A stretch of DNA of 64,000 nt. It comes from Lama glama. Its lineage: Eukaryota. The translations under genes and the position numbers were made by a program. Below, one piece after another: positions 11,244-23,900 of this stretch. The first letter of the stretch is position 1, and every line of letters begins with the position of its first letter. The DNA is taken from contig CM052821.1 of assembly GCA_028534125.1 (NCBI GenBank), positions 2,232,001 through 2,296,000 of the forward strand, read 5' to 3'. Under the pieces are notes generated by a model. That model saw only the letters and a list, made by a program, of their open reading frames with translations. It was not told where the DNA came from and ran no database searches.

Positions 11244-14200
11244 TCATTCCACACTGGGGGGATACTTGAAGGTGCCAAAGCTGGGGACATTCTCTTGGTT
11301 CACATCAATAGGAGTGTCTGGATGAAGTAAATGGTGTAGTTAGGAGTGACTTTTCTGAATATGGCCTTCACCCTGACCCAACAGCAAAGGGCTGCTATGC
11401 AGGATGGCTTTGGAAGACAGAGTTGAGTAGAAGAGGAATGCTCTGGTTGCGAGATGGGGAGGAAGCAGAGCCTCCCCGCCCCTTCCCAGCTGCAGCAGGA
11501 CTGTCATATAAAGGTCTCCCTACTCTGCTCCCAGGAAGAGCTGGACTGTGGGTCCGAGCTGACTGGGTAGAAGGGGCCAAGGAACCTTCACTGTGGCTAA
11601 GAAAAATCCTGTCTTTCCCTCTGGCGACAAACATGAGGCAGCTGACTGCTGCCTTATCTCTGCCAGTGCCCTGACCCTTCCCCCGCTCTGCCGCAGGCAC
11701 CTACCTGGCTGGACGTTCCTCTTGCCCATCAGTCCCACAAAGAAGTCGTGCATGTCACCTGCAGAAATAGGGCCAGCACTGTCAACAGCGATGATGCGGG
11801 GCCAATACATTCCCCCAGGCATGTGTCAAGACGTCAGCGTTGGATTCTGGTCTCTGTTTCTTTATCTCATTCACAGCTTCACTCCCCACAGTTAGTAGGC
11901 TATCGCCTAAGCGCAGCCTCTGCACCTATCTCTCCCTCACCCATATTTCAGGAATTCTCTAAAATTCTCTCAACCGGCAGGTGCCTGGCTTAGAATCATC
12001 ACGGCCACCAAGAGGTCCTCTTGCTTCCTGATAACCTGCCAGCAGAGGGAGACCCCACCGCGCCCCTCACACCTGCTTCCTCCCAGCTCCCAGTGGCCTC
12101 TCGCAGTGAGGGAAGGCTGGCTGAGCAGCTGCAGCGAGCGTGCTGTGTGGGCCAGCCCAGACGGGGCCAGCCGAAATAGTCTCTGGGCGCCCTGCCTGAG
12201 GAGCTCTGGGCAAGCAGTCAGCAGAGACGGGGAGGCAGAAGAGGCTACTCACGTTTCTGGGGAAGTGGTGATTCCTTAGGACCTGTGAGAGCAAGAACAA
12301 GCAATTGTTCCCTAAGCCATCTCCAGCCTCCTCCCCACCCAAAAGGGTCTCCCAGTTCTATTTAATCTTCAGAACCCTGCCCCACACGCCCCTCTCCCTG
12401 GGGCTGCTTCCTACCCGTGCCAGCCCGGCTCAGCACTCTGAGCAATCCGTTCAGGGAGACTAAGCGGCTGTCAGGGAGTCTCCGGAGCAAGGACGGGGGC
12501 AGCTGGTGCAGGCTCGCGTCCTTCTAGGGGAGAGAGGCCAAGAGGGCTGAGGGGAGGCTCACACCCAGTCCACTCACTCTTTCCCCACAAGAAGCAGCCT
12601 CTCCTTGAGCCCACCACAGCTAAAGCTGACATCCTCTTTCTTTCAGCATTTCCTTGGGTTTACACTAGAAGAGAAGTGGGCTCTCAAGTATGGCCCATGG
12701 ACCAGCAGCATCCACGCTGGGAGCTTGTTAGAAATACATGATCTCAGTCCTCCCCCAGACCTACCGAGACAAAATCTGCATCTTAACCAGGCCCCCAGGT
12801 GATCCATATGCGTAGCAAGGTTTGAGAAGCGCTGGAAAAGGGAGAACATTGGGCGCCCCAACTGTCCCAGTTTGCCCAGGTGTGGGGGGCTTGCGGTGCT
12901 CAAGCCGGGGTGGCTCCGGGAAAACCGGGGGGCTGGTCATGCTATCTCCCAAGCTCAGAGGGTCCCTTGGGGCCCTCTCCCAGCTCCTGCCACGTCTCAG
13001 TGAGAAGGCCCCTGGTTCTTTTCTCCCTGGCACATCAGGAAGTGGTTTGACCAAGGATGTGGTTGCCCCATTAAGTAAGTGAGCCATGAATTCCTCCACT
13101 CACATGAAGGCTCATTAGCCAGAGCAAGTGTCCTTCGGTCTGTGCTCCATGATTGAGTCACATACCTGGGGACAGGTGGGGGCAAGCATGCCTGCAATCC
13201 TGAAACCCCCCACTCTGCACTATGTCTCTGGTTGTTCCTCTCCCTGCACTTCCATCGCTTCTTGCTCACTCTTCTCCATCAGCTTCTGCCTCTGGTTTTC
13301 TCTCCCTCTCCCCTGTCTCCCCTGGATTTAGAATTTCAGGGAGGCAGCATGCTCATCAGAATGAAACTTCTTCTCCTCCACAACTGAACCCCATTCTAGA
13401 CCTGCTGCCAAGCAGGGGCTGTTAATCATCTTGATTTTTTTTAGCAACGTGGGCACAGCAGGATGGTTGGTGGGCACACACCACACGCCCAGTTATTTGC
13501 GGCTGCAGAGAGACAATGACAGTGATCGTGCTGGGAGGTTTTCACCTTGAATCTCAGTGGTGCCTCTCTCTCCAGAGCCCTGGGGCCCTTGGTCTGCTGA
13601 GCACACACAGGTGCACATTTATACAGGACGCACCCCAACACATGCCAACCTGGCTGCCCTCGTACGTACATCCTACCCTCGTCTCATCCCAACTGCCCTC
13701 ATCCTCACGGACCTACAGCAAGAAAGGGCAGGAGAGCAATCTCTCTTTTTAACTGACCACGAGGAACAAGGTCTTGAGGCAAGTTTCTCTCAGAGGAAGA
13801 GACCCAGATATTCCGACTATCTCCAGCTGGAACCTTGGGCTCTGAACACAGTGTCCAGCCCACGCTTGGCACACTTTGTGTGGTTTTTGAACTGGTCCTG
13901 GTCTTTTGGACCTGGTGCAACTGCTGCTACCCGCAACGCTGCCAGCCTCTCGTGCCCTGGGACACCCCACAAGCTGGACAAAGGCTGGTGACCTCCCTCT
14001 TTGCCCAGCACACGGCTTCCCACGCAGCCACTCCCACAAATTGTTCAAGTACTCTGCCTGCGCACCTCCTGTGATGAGATGCTGAACGATTTGAGCTGCA
14101 GAGGCAGACTTCACATGCTGAATTTGTAATAAGTTCCACCTGTAATCATCTTAAAAGCATTTGTAGCGATGTAATTGCTGTCATTTCAAAACCTTGAAAA

Positions 14201-15015
14201 GACTTCCTCCCTGCTCTCCCCTGGTACCCCTACCCTGACAACTCCTATTCTTTTTCTTAGAGGAACTTTGGAAATTGGGGCCTGTTTTGTGTTTTTTCCC
14301 TATCCTGACTAAGCAGAGGCCAGAGGAGGACACGGGAGAGGAGAGAAGAGGGGGTTGGGATCTTGGGAGCACCTGAGGTTATTGGGGGTGGATGAGCAGG
14401 GGATGAGGAAATTATTTTAATTTTAAAAACAAAATAATATATATAACTGATAGGTAAAACAGCACACAAGTGACCATTTGGGAGAGAAATTCTGACTGTT
14501 TCATGCCATCCGGGGAGCGGGGAGGATCTGTCCCCCCTGCAAAGGGACAGAACCTGGGCTGGACTGTAGAGAACCTGAGATCGCGCCAGCCTATCCCTCA
14601 CAGTACCATCCAGTCACCGAGTCACCAGACAATCAATTGACCAAACGACCTATTAGTAGGTCCCGTACAAGGTGTTAAAGACACACAGAGGGACAGAGAC
14701 ACTGACAAACAAACCTGGAGACAGTGAGAACACGAGGCCACCAGAGAGGCAGGGTAATCCAACCCTCCGATGGGTAATACAGGTGACTCCTGTCGGCCCG
14801 CCCCCTCTTCCTCCCTACAGCTGTGGGACAGGCAGGGTGCGGCTCCCACGGTGGTGCCCAGTACTCTGCCAGGGCGGGCACAGCTGGAGGGGGTGCCTTA
14901 CCTTGCTGTGGCCCCCACCAGGCACCACCTGCTCCTGGGACTCCTCACAGACAGCCCCAAAACTCCAAGCCAAGCTGAGGGCCAGGATGACTGCAAACAG
15001 CAGGGTGCTCCGCAT
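11244..15015 (-). CDS. TAC3: Tachykinin-3 (preprotachykinin B, neurokinin B precursor), 126 aa
   Basis: Coding exons 14902-15015, 12415-12523, 12253-12282, 11705-11758, 11244-11317; all GT-AG, total 381 nt. Protein: [126 protein letters not shown]. Confidence 0.97.
11727..11756 (-). other. TAC3: Mature neurokinin B decapeptide [10 protein letters not shown](-NH2)
   Basis: FxGLM tachykinin motif, preceded by KR (formed across the exon junction) and followed by the GKR amidation/cleavage signal. Confidence 0.97.
12678..12833. mobile_element. MER5A (hAT-Charlie) DNA transposon fragment
   Basis: ggaccagcagcatc ... gggagcttgttagaaat ... cccaggtgat ... gtttgagaagcgctg. Confidence 0.7.
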
Positions 15016-15597
15016 GGTGCCTAGGAGGGCAGAGGGACAGGACAGGGAAGGCAGGGAGGAGGAGGACACAACACCGGTGCGAACGCAGGGGACACTCACG
15101 ACCAGCAGCCTGGCTTGACCCTGCTTCCCCAGCCGCCAGCTCTTCCATCCAAGCCTTGGTCTGGGAGAGTATCTGAGCAGGAGGGGCTCAGTTTCCCTGC
15201 CCCCCATCACACGTTTCCCCAGGACGTGCACCTGGCAATGAGCAATGGTGCAACGGTGCGGGAACCCTAGGCTCCCAGGGAAGACGATAGATTTAGAGTG
15301 CGTGCATGGGTCTGTTTCCTTAGTCGGCTTGAGGAGGGAGCCTTGATGCTGTTTTCCAGTCCTAGGTAACCCCAAGACTTGGGCAAAAACTTTCTAGTAT
15401 TGGAAGAATCAGTCTGTACCCACAGGTTCCAAACATTACTCCAACCCCTATCCACTCTTTCTGCTCACCTTCCCAGTGCCTTGCTCCCGGATCAAAGGCT
15501 GCCACCTTTATCCCTCCCTCCTTTATTCCCTCCTGACTCTGCCCCTGTCCTTTGGTGCCAGCTCCCGTCCATCCAGCATGCTCCCGCCCATGCCTAC

Positions 15598-15750
15598 CTG
15601 TGGAGCAGCTCTGAGCCCAGGACAGATGGTCTAGCAGGATCGGGGAGCTGGCCCGGGGCACTGCCCGCTCCCCGCACACGCTGCTGGTGCTGCCGTGAAG
15701 AGAGAAACAGGGAGTGGAGGGGCTCTCGAAATGTGGCAGCAACTCCGGCC
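15598..15750 (-). other. TAC3: TAC3 non-coding exon 1; 5' limit approximate
   Basis: Donor gagctgctccacag|GTAGGC at 15598/15597; splices to acceptor ctcctag|gcaccATG at 15020. TATA-like TTTATC near 15760-15765. Confidence 0.7.
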
Positions 15751-15874
15751 CAGCTCCCTGATAAAGGCTCTGGGAGGGTCTGGGGGAAACGGGGGAGGGG
15801 CTGAGACTCACCAATCCCAGGGTGGCTGGAAGGGAGGGGGAGGCTGGTGGGGGGAATGGGGATATGGGCTGCAG

Positions 15875-15875
<1 letters not shown>

Positions 15876-15929
<54 letters not shown>

Positions 15930-15934
15930 CACAC
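15876..15934. repeat. (CA)n microsatellite in the TAC3 proximal promoter
   Basis: About 29 CA units with one CG interruption. Confidence 0.95.
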
Positions 15935-18900
15935 CACAAACCCAGCCAGCACCGGCGGGGCTATCCAGCAGCCCACTTTCAAATAGCCCCTGAACTGGGC
16001 ACGCTAAGCAGTGATGTTGCATATGGTTTGTCACAAAATTTCCAAGCCAGAGCTAACTCCCTGGGGTTTTTCTCCTCCTTGTCCACCCACCAGCCCCTTG
16101 CTTTAAACCTCCAACCTCAACTGCCAGGCCAAAACAATTTCTGGCAGGTGTTTCTCTAGCCCTCCCACCGCCAGGACAACCAAGCTCAGGTCCCTGAGGA
16201 TTGGGAGGAGAGGCTGGCATCCCCTCCAGTGCTCAGTTCTCCCTCTGCCCTCCTCCCAGCTGCAGCTGACCCACCCCATTGGTCCTCAGACCAGTTGAGG
16301 GTCTGCACTTCTCCCCGCAAGTGAATGCAGAAACCTCCAGCAGAAACCTCCAGCATCAGCCTCCTTCCACCGTCACCCTAGCGCTAATGCCACCCTTTGG
16401 CCTCCCACGCCACTTCTTGACCTCTGACTCAGCCTAACTTAGTTGCTTCCCTCCAGGGTTCTAACTTCTGCCCTGCCTGCTGACAGCTCTGCAAGGAGGA
16501 ACAGAACACAATGCTGAGCTGTCCCCCTACCCTCGCCGCCCCCGCTCCAGCATTGATCTCTTCATTGCTTCTTTCTCTCCCCATAGTTACATTCTTCCCG
16601 CTCACATCTGTCTCCCTGCAATTCAGGCGTCTTCTCCCCTGAACTTGCAAGCCTCTTGTTCACGCCCCGCAGTTTAGGGGACTTACTCTACCCACTTCAC
16701 ACCTAACGCAGAGCCCCAGGGGAGAGTCAGAGTCAGAGTCAGGATCAGGATCCGAGCAGACCCAGAAAGAAAAAACGCTGCTGTAAGAGACCAGGGGAGG
16801 CAGAGTGAAAGCCTCCCTTAGAGCAGTCGCCACTCACTATGATGGGTGCGGGGTTTGAACATTTGCAGGGCGCGTCAGCAGAGAGCTATGCAGTTGATTT
16901 TCATCACCACCGCCGTGTGAGTAGGAAATATTCCCATCTTCAGATGAGGGAACTGAGGCTCAAAAAGTACAGTCACATGTTCCGGGACATACAGCTACTG
17001 GAGAACCAACTCAAATTCAGGATTTTCTCACTCCAAACCTCCCCTTCATTTTACTGCACTGGTCTGAACTTTGACCAGTAAGGGAACAGCTAAGTCTCCC
17101 AGAAGGGGTGGGGGTCCACCTTTTGAACAGATCTGGAGATTTGGGACCTTGTGCTCTTCTGCATCTTGGGGTTGGGAAGAGAATCAAAGCTCTGTTGCAT
17201 ATTTACTATGAAGACTCCTGCTCACTGGTGCCTTCCCCAGCCACCCTATTTTAAATTACTACCACTGCATCCTCCGTACCCTCTCCTGCTTCTTTTCTTC
17301 ATGCTGTTATTACATCAAACACATCGAAGTTTTACTTACAGTCTGTCTACCCCACCCCTTCCAGAATGTCAGCATCACAAGGGCAAGGACTGTCATTCGT
17401 CTGTGGCTGGATTCCTAGCTCTACATTATTTGGCGTAAATAGATGCTCAATAAAAATTTATTCATAAAACAAAAAGGGAAGCCTGAGTGCAGCTTCCTGC
17501 ATTCCAGCCCACAGTGTGGCTCCTACATAGGTCCTCTCCGGCCGTGCCAGGGTCCTGAAATGTTTGTCTCCCCTCTCCCACAACCCCACCCACCCCAGGA
17601 CAAGTCACTCTGGCTGCACAGGGCCCCACGTTCACCCCAGAGGGCGGCAGCTAGGTCTCAAGGCCCCTTTATTATGTGAGGGGCTAATGGGGCCCCATTA
17701 CCCAGCTAATTGCAGGGCTGTGTGGGGCGACCATAGCCCAGGGCCCAGCATTGGGAGCCTTTGGGAGGATGAAGGGTAGAAGCTGAAGGCTGTTTACATG
17801 TAAATGGCACAACTGGCTCACACCTTTGAGAAGCTCAGGTGCTGTTCCTAATTGGGCCTAACCATCTCCTACCTCCCCGCCTCCCCTAACAATCTGGAAA
17901 AGGAGGTCCAAGCTGGGCAGGCTGGAGCTGGGGGTGCAGGAGGAGGAACGTGTTAGACTGAGGGCTAGGGACTAAAGCCTCCTGGGTCCCAGCTCTGCAT
18001 CAGCCTCCCTCCCCACACCAACCCATCCTCCCATCCACCCCTGCCCCCAAGTCCTGGCACCAGGGAAGCAAGGCTTCAGCAAAGGTCCACCATGAATAAT
18101 GTCCTTTGATGTTGAGGCATCTCACGGAGGATGGCAGGAGCCAAGGATGGGGGGAGCAAGGGATTGGCAGGGAGAATTGATCACCCCTTGATCTTTGGGA
18201 TTAGCAAAGACTTGAAAGAGCTGATGCTAAGCTAAGTCCGAAAGGTGATGAAGGAGGGAGGCTTCAGAGGGCTGGGGCAGGCTGGGCTTCACTTTGCCAC
18301 AAATCATATGCAAATGGCATGTAAAGTGGGTGTTGCAGCTACAGAGAACCTGGGTGTTTTTTTCTTTGAACACTTACTCTTTATTTGGGCCACATCTCAG
18401 ACACTAACTGTCACTAGCCTAGAGGAGCAGGGTCCCTGGCAGATCCTTCCTCTGGAGCTCCCCCTTTTTTGCTGGGGCAGGTTGGAGGTGAGGCCAGGAA
18501 AGGACTTGCTGAGATGAGACAATTTAGTCAGCTGCCACTGGGGTCAAGATGCAGGCTGACCCAGCACTTGCTTGTGAACACAAGATGGCCTGCATATGTC
18601 CACCGTGTGCACAGCTTGAGTGCAATATGTGGACCCTCTCAACATCCTGGAGGGGTGCTGAGGGAGGCGCCAGGGCCACATGTGACACTCGAGGAAGACA
18701 CCAGTGAAGAATGGAAGGATGACAGCTTCTGGTCCTCCTGAGCCCTGCGGCCAGCACACAGCTTGGAGACAACCCACAGCATGAGGAATAGAGCCTGTGG
18801 AAGAAACGGGCCAAGCCAGGAGGGCTGAGCTAGAGCTGGCTTGTGCTGAGAGATGCTATGATGGCCCCTCAGGGGGTCTCGGGGAATGCAGGACAGCTTG

Positions 18901-20750
18901 TGGCCCTCAGAGACTCAGTCTAGACCTTGAGAGAGCCGGACGGGCAGGGCAACGGGGACAGTGCAGCAGAACCTCAGCTTCTCCCACTGTCATAGAGTCA
19001 ACTCAAGCCCTGAAACACAGGTGGGGAAACTGAGCCCCTGTAGGTTTCAGGGGCTGAAAACACACACTCCCGAGTTCCTGAAGAGACAGGGAAGCAGAGG
19101 AGGAAGGGAGAGAAGGGAGACTAAAGAAGAGAGGACCCCCCCAACCTTCCCCAACCTAGCATCCATCCACATGACTGAGGGGAGGACAGAAGGGAGACCA
19201 GGGACCCCAGCCTGTGCCCCTTCAGCCCCCAGCCCAGAGAGCTGACAGTGCCTTCAGCCATGCTGGAAAAGGAAAAGCAGGGTAGGGAGCAGCAGCTGCA
19301 TATTCTCCTGAAATTGCTTCTGAAAATGACCAGACACTTCATTGGGAAAGTGACGACAATTTGGGCCCTGGGAGCAGGAGACGAGGCGGAGAGCGGGGGC
19401 GGTCAGGCTCTGGTCACCCTCCTCTCGGCCTGATTCTGAGAAGTCGAGGATGGAGGGAGCTGCTAGGGATGGGAGGAGGGTGGCCAGAGCCTGTCTACCC
19501 CCAACTCAGGACACAGACAGCCCTAGCCCCTCGCCCGCTGGCAAGAGCTGCCTCCCTGGGTCCTAGCTCAGCTCAGAGCCGGGTGTGCCAGAACACGGGG
19601 CTGCTTGTGCTCCGAGAGCAACATTAATCTGCAGGCAAGACGAGGAGTTAATCAGGTCTCCCGCCAGCACAATTACCTGGGGCGTGAGCTGCCTGACGAT
19701 GGAAGCCGATAGAAGGTGGATAGAAGGACCCCAGCCTCAAAGGCACATGAGCTCAGTGGAGACAGGGAAGAAGCAGGGAAGGTAGAGATGGTGGAAGGAG
19801 GCAGAGCCATCCAGACAGAAACAAAGGCAGCCATTTGTCCGCTCTCTCAGAGCACAGACCAACATTTTACTGCAAACATAGGAGCTGCCTGTTCCCTAAA
19901 GGTAGAGACAGAGTAGGAGAGGCTGAGACAAGACAGAATCTATGAGGTAACAGATATGAAGGAAGTGGGAGGATATTTAAAGCATTATACAAAATATTAC
20001 GTATTAACATTAGTCAGAGCACACAGAAACGGGAACGAGATGGTGTGAGACAGTTGGAAACCAAGAAAGGAATAATGATGATGACACAGGGAAAATAAAT
20101 GAAGACAAGAGGGAAGAGGTCAGTCACAGGGATGGGGGAGTCGGGGTAGAGAACCCCCGCCACCACCGTCAAGTGCCACCAGCTGCAGGCCCCAGCTGTG
20201 ATCAGCAAGATAACAGTTGGCAGCAGCCTAGCATCTCTGGGGCACAGAAAGGAAGGGGTGCCATGGGGCAGGTGTGATGACGCCCAGTGCTGAGGCGGGG
20301 GTGGCGGGGGCTATGGAGCTCCCAGCGCAGGGGACCCTGCATTCCCCAGCTCACCTCAGCTCACAGGAGCCCTCCAGCCTCAGGCATCTTTTCAGGTTAA
20401 ATCTCCAAAGGATCCCAGTTCCTGCCAAGACCGGGATCCTGACTTCTTCCCTCCAGGGACACACTTAATGAATCAGCCCATTGGCCACCTGCGACCTGAG
20501 CCCCGTCCCCGACTGCCCCGCCCCCACCCCAGTCTCTCCAACACCCTCCCCCCACCCAGCCAGAGCTCAGCCGGTCAAGGAGCCCGGAGAAAATTTCCCT
20601 TCTCTTTCATTCTTATTATCTCCATTAGCTGGCTCCAAGGAGCCTGAGGAGAGGAAAGGGAGGCAGGCAGAGGGTCTAAGTACAAGCCAGTGAAAAGATG
20701 GGGGAACAGGAACTCATCCACACTGACCAAATCTTTGCCAAATCTCCTGT

Positions 20751-20756
20751 TTTATT
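20751..20756 (-). terminator. MYO1A polyadenylation signal
   Basis: AATAAA (minus) about 200 nt after the stop codon at 20950-20952. Confidence 0.8.
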
Positions 20757-20949
20757 AGTGGGCAAAAAGGCTGAGGGTGGGAGGAAGCGAAGTATGGAGG
20801 AAGGACTTGGAAACGTTTGGGAGAAGCAAGGTCCTCTTCAGGGGATCTTCAATCTGTGAGCCCCTTTCCCATCAGAGGAGTTTGACACGAGATGCTCCCA
20901 CAAAGGTGGGGGGGGTGCCTGTCCAGCAGGAAGAAACTGCTGTGCCTCC

Positions 20950-23900
20950 TCACTGCACAGTCACCTCCAGGCAACGACGCCCCTTCTTCTTGCAGCTCAG
21001 CTTACGTTTCCCACCACCCCCAGGGCCCTGGATGACCTTGACAGCCACACTGCTCTCCTTGAACCTCACTGAGAACCTGGAGGGGGACAGACAGAAAGGC
21101 AAAGCTAGTGTCCTCTTCCTCTCACCCCTTCTGTAGTTTCACGGTGGCTTCCCCTCCCCTCCTTGAGGCAAGTACGTTCCCCCACCAGCCCCCTATGTCA
21201 GAAGACTCAAGGCCCCAGAGAACCGGGGTGGCCCTGCCCTGACATTGTTCGCTTCACTTTCTGCCTGCCCACGTCTCCCCGGTCACAATGACCAACAGCT
21301 TGGTCCTCTGCCCCAGGCCATCCCTCACCCCCGGCTCGTGGCCTTACTCTTCAGTCACGGTGACTGGAAGCTGCCTCTGTGTGGCATCCAGCACAGCCCG
21401 GTACATCTTGGTAAGCAGTTCAACCACGTGCTCGCTGACCAGCAGGAAGTCCCCCTTGGAGCCCACTGATGATATCTTAGGGAGGGGAAAAATAGCAGGA
21501 GTGGATGCATTTTCTCTCCATCAGAGGCCCAGAGGGAGAGGTCTGGTCTCCACTCAGCCCCAGCCCCGCCATGCCAGCCGCCTTCTCCAGTCTGAGGCCC
21601 CGCCCCCGCCCAGCTCTGATACCTCACTCAGATGCAAGCTAAAAAGCCCATCCTTGAAGCTGGTGACGGACACCCCGGCCACACTATCCAGCGCAATGAC
21701 AGTCTTGGCCTGGGAATTCTTGGTGTCTGTGATAATCACATGCCCCTTGGTCAGGAGGAGAATTCGAGAGGAAGTCTAGGGACAGAACAGGGAAGGGGAG
21801 GAAAGGTGGGGGTTAGTCCCCACCCTTCCAGCTACCTGGCCGAGGCTCTGGATCAGGCCTCGGGGAGGAGATGGGATGTAGGCCTTCACCTTGCCGTTGC
21901 CACGGTTGACCTTCATCACAGTCTCTGCCACCAGAACAGGCCCTTCCTCTCCACCCTTCAGCTGCTGTAGCTTAGGGTTTCTTTGCAGCCCAATGTAGTC
22001 ACCGTGGAACGGAATAGGGACACTGAGGGCACACAGGAGGTAAGCAGTTGAGACAAGGGCTTGCACCTCCCTCTCTGAGTCCCCATCTCAGGCCTCCTGT
22101 GCCCTTCCCCCACCCTCCAACATATCCTGTCTCAGTGGTTCTCAGAACATGGTCTAGGACCAACACCAGCAACGCCTGAGACCTTGTTAGAGAGGCAAAT
22201 TCTTAGGCCCCACCCCAGACCTGCTGAATCAGAAGCTCTGAGGGCCTGCAGCAATCTGGCTGTTATCCAGCCAGCCAGGTGATACTGATCACACTAAATG
22301 TAAGAGCCACTGCTCTATCCCACCGAGGGAAGCCTCTCTTCAGTCTGATGAAACTGCGCAGGGTCAGGGAGGCCCTCACCTCTGGGGGTATGAAGCCTTC
22401 TTGCCCTTGAACAGCTCGCTGGCACAGAGCTTCTCCCTCAGGGTCTCTACCTGCTTTGGTGACAGCCGATCCCGGAATTTCTTGCACTGTGAGGGGATGA
22501 GGAAGAAGCTAAGGTCATGGAGGAAGAGGACAGGGCTGGGGAAGGAGCTGGGGAGACCACCAACATGTGGAAGGAGAGGGGCAGAAACTAGAGAAGAAAA
22601 GAGACAAAGAGACAAGGACAGACATGAGACTTCAGAGAGGGCAGGGACTGGAGGGGCACTGGGGAGGGGGAGGGGGGCTAAGGGAAGCTGGGGGGCGGGA
22701 GGGGATGGAAACAGTCAAATACAAGCCCCATGAGGGCTGTGTGCCCAGCGCACAGCACAAGGCCTAGTCCCAGACAGGTGCTCAGAAGTATTTCCTAAAN
22801 NNNNNNNNNNNNNNNNNNNNNNNNNNNNNNNNNNNNNNNNNNNNNNNNNNNNNNNNNNNNNNNNNNNNNNNNNNNNNNNNNNNNNNNNNNNNNNNNNNNN
22901 NNNNNNNNNNNNNNNNNNNNNNNNNNNNNAGGGGACAGGGGAACAGGGAGTTATTGCTTGATGTGTACAGAGTTTCAGTTTGGGGTGATGGAAAAAAAGC
23001 ATGGAGATGGATGGTGGTGATGGTTGCACAACAGTGTGAGCGTGCTTAATGTCACTAAACTGTAAACTTACAAATGGTTAAAATGGTAAATTTTATGTTA
23101 CCACAATTAAAGAAAAAAATTTAAGTGGAAGAGGGAGGCAGAAGAGGAAAATCAGAGGGAGGAGGGAAAAAAAAAGACAAATGAGCAAGGAAGAGCCTGG
23201 GGGCCGGGAGAGGCTGCCCACGCCCCGCTCACCTTCCATCGGTAGAAGAGCTTCTGGAGCTCGTGGTTGGCTGTGCTGAAGTACTTGTAAGGGGCAGCTG
23301 GCCACGTTTTGTCCAAGATACTGGTAGACGGCAAATTGTCCTTCAGCCGCAGTAGGAATTTCCGGGCCTGGATTGGGGGCAGGGGATCAGGAGTGGGATG
23401 GTAAGAAAGACTTCCTGTCAGGCAAGCTCGCTCCCGGTCCCACCACTTCCAGGAGGAAGGCCTCCCACAGGGAGAGGCAAAAGTTGAGCTGAGGAGACAG
23501 AAGGGGGTCACCTCCTGATCTTTCAGTGTGAACGCAGGCTTGAGGCTGGGCAGTAAGAGCGCGAAATGGGAGACAGAAGAGACAGGATTCCTTCCAGGTA
23601 GATACCTTCTACCAGGGTAGGGAGGTGGGAGGGGCCAAGATGAAAACTGGCCTCCATGTTTCACTCCTATAGCTTCCTTTTCCCTCAGCTCAGAATCGCC
23701 TGCAGACGGCAGCCCCACCGTCTGTGTTAGCGAGCGGTCAGTCAAGCCCAACACCTCAGCCTGGCACACGAGGTCCCCTGCTTAGGGCACCCCCTGCGTC
23801 ACCCTGGCACACCAACCAGACGGCGCCTTGCCCTGCCCTCCGCCCAGCCTCTTCGCTCTGTGCCTCAGCTCACGCGCTCTCGGCTCCACCCTGCCAACCC

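Noticed and set aside
14815-15375. 186-aa ORF extending TAC3 exon 2 in frame into intron 1
   Set aside because: A clear acceptor lies 5 nt before the signal-peptide ATG; the extension would disrupt the signal peptide and looks like chance.
15660-15700. Possible REST/NRSE site in TAC3 exon 1 (GGCAGCACC)
   Set aside because: Only the left half-site matches; no GGACAG right half at canonical spacing.
16327-16355. 13-bp tandem duplication; similar small duplications near 63451-63485 and 63872-63892
   Set aside because: Ordinary slippage events; no array or repeat-spacer structure, so not CRISPR-like.
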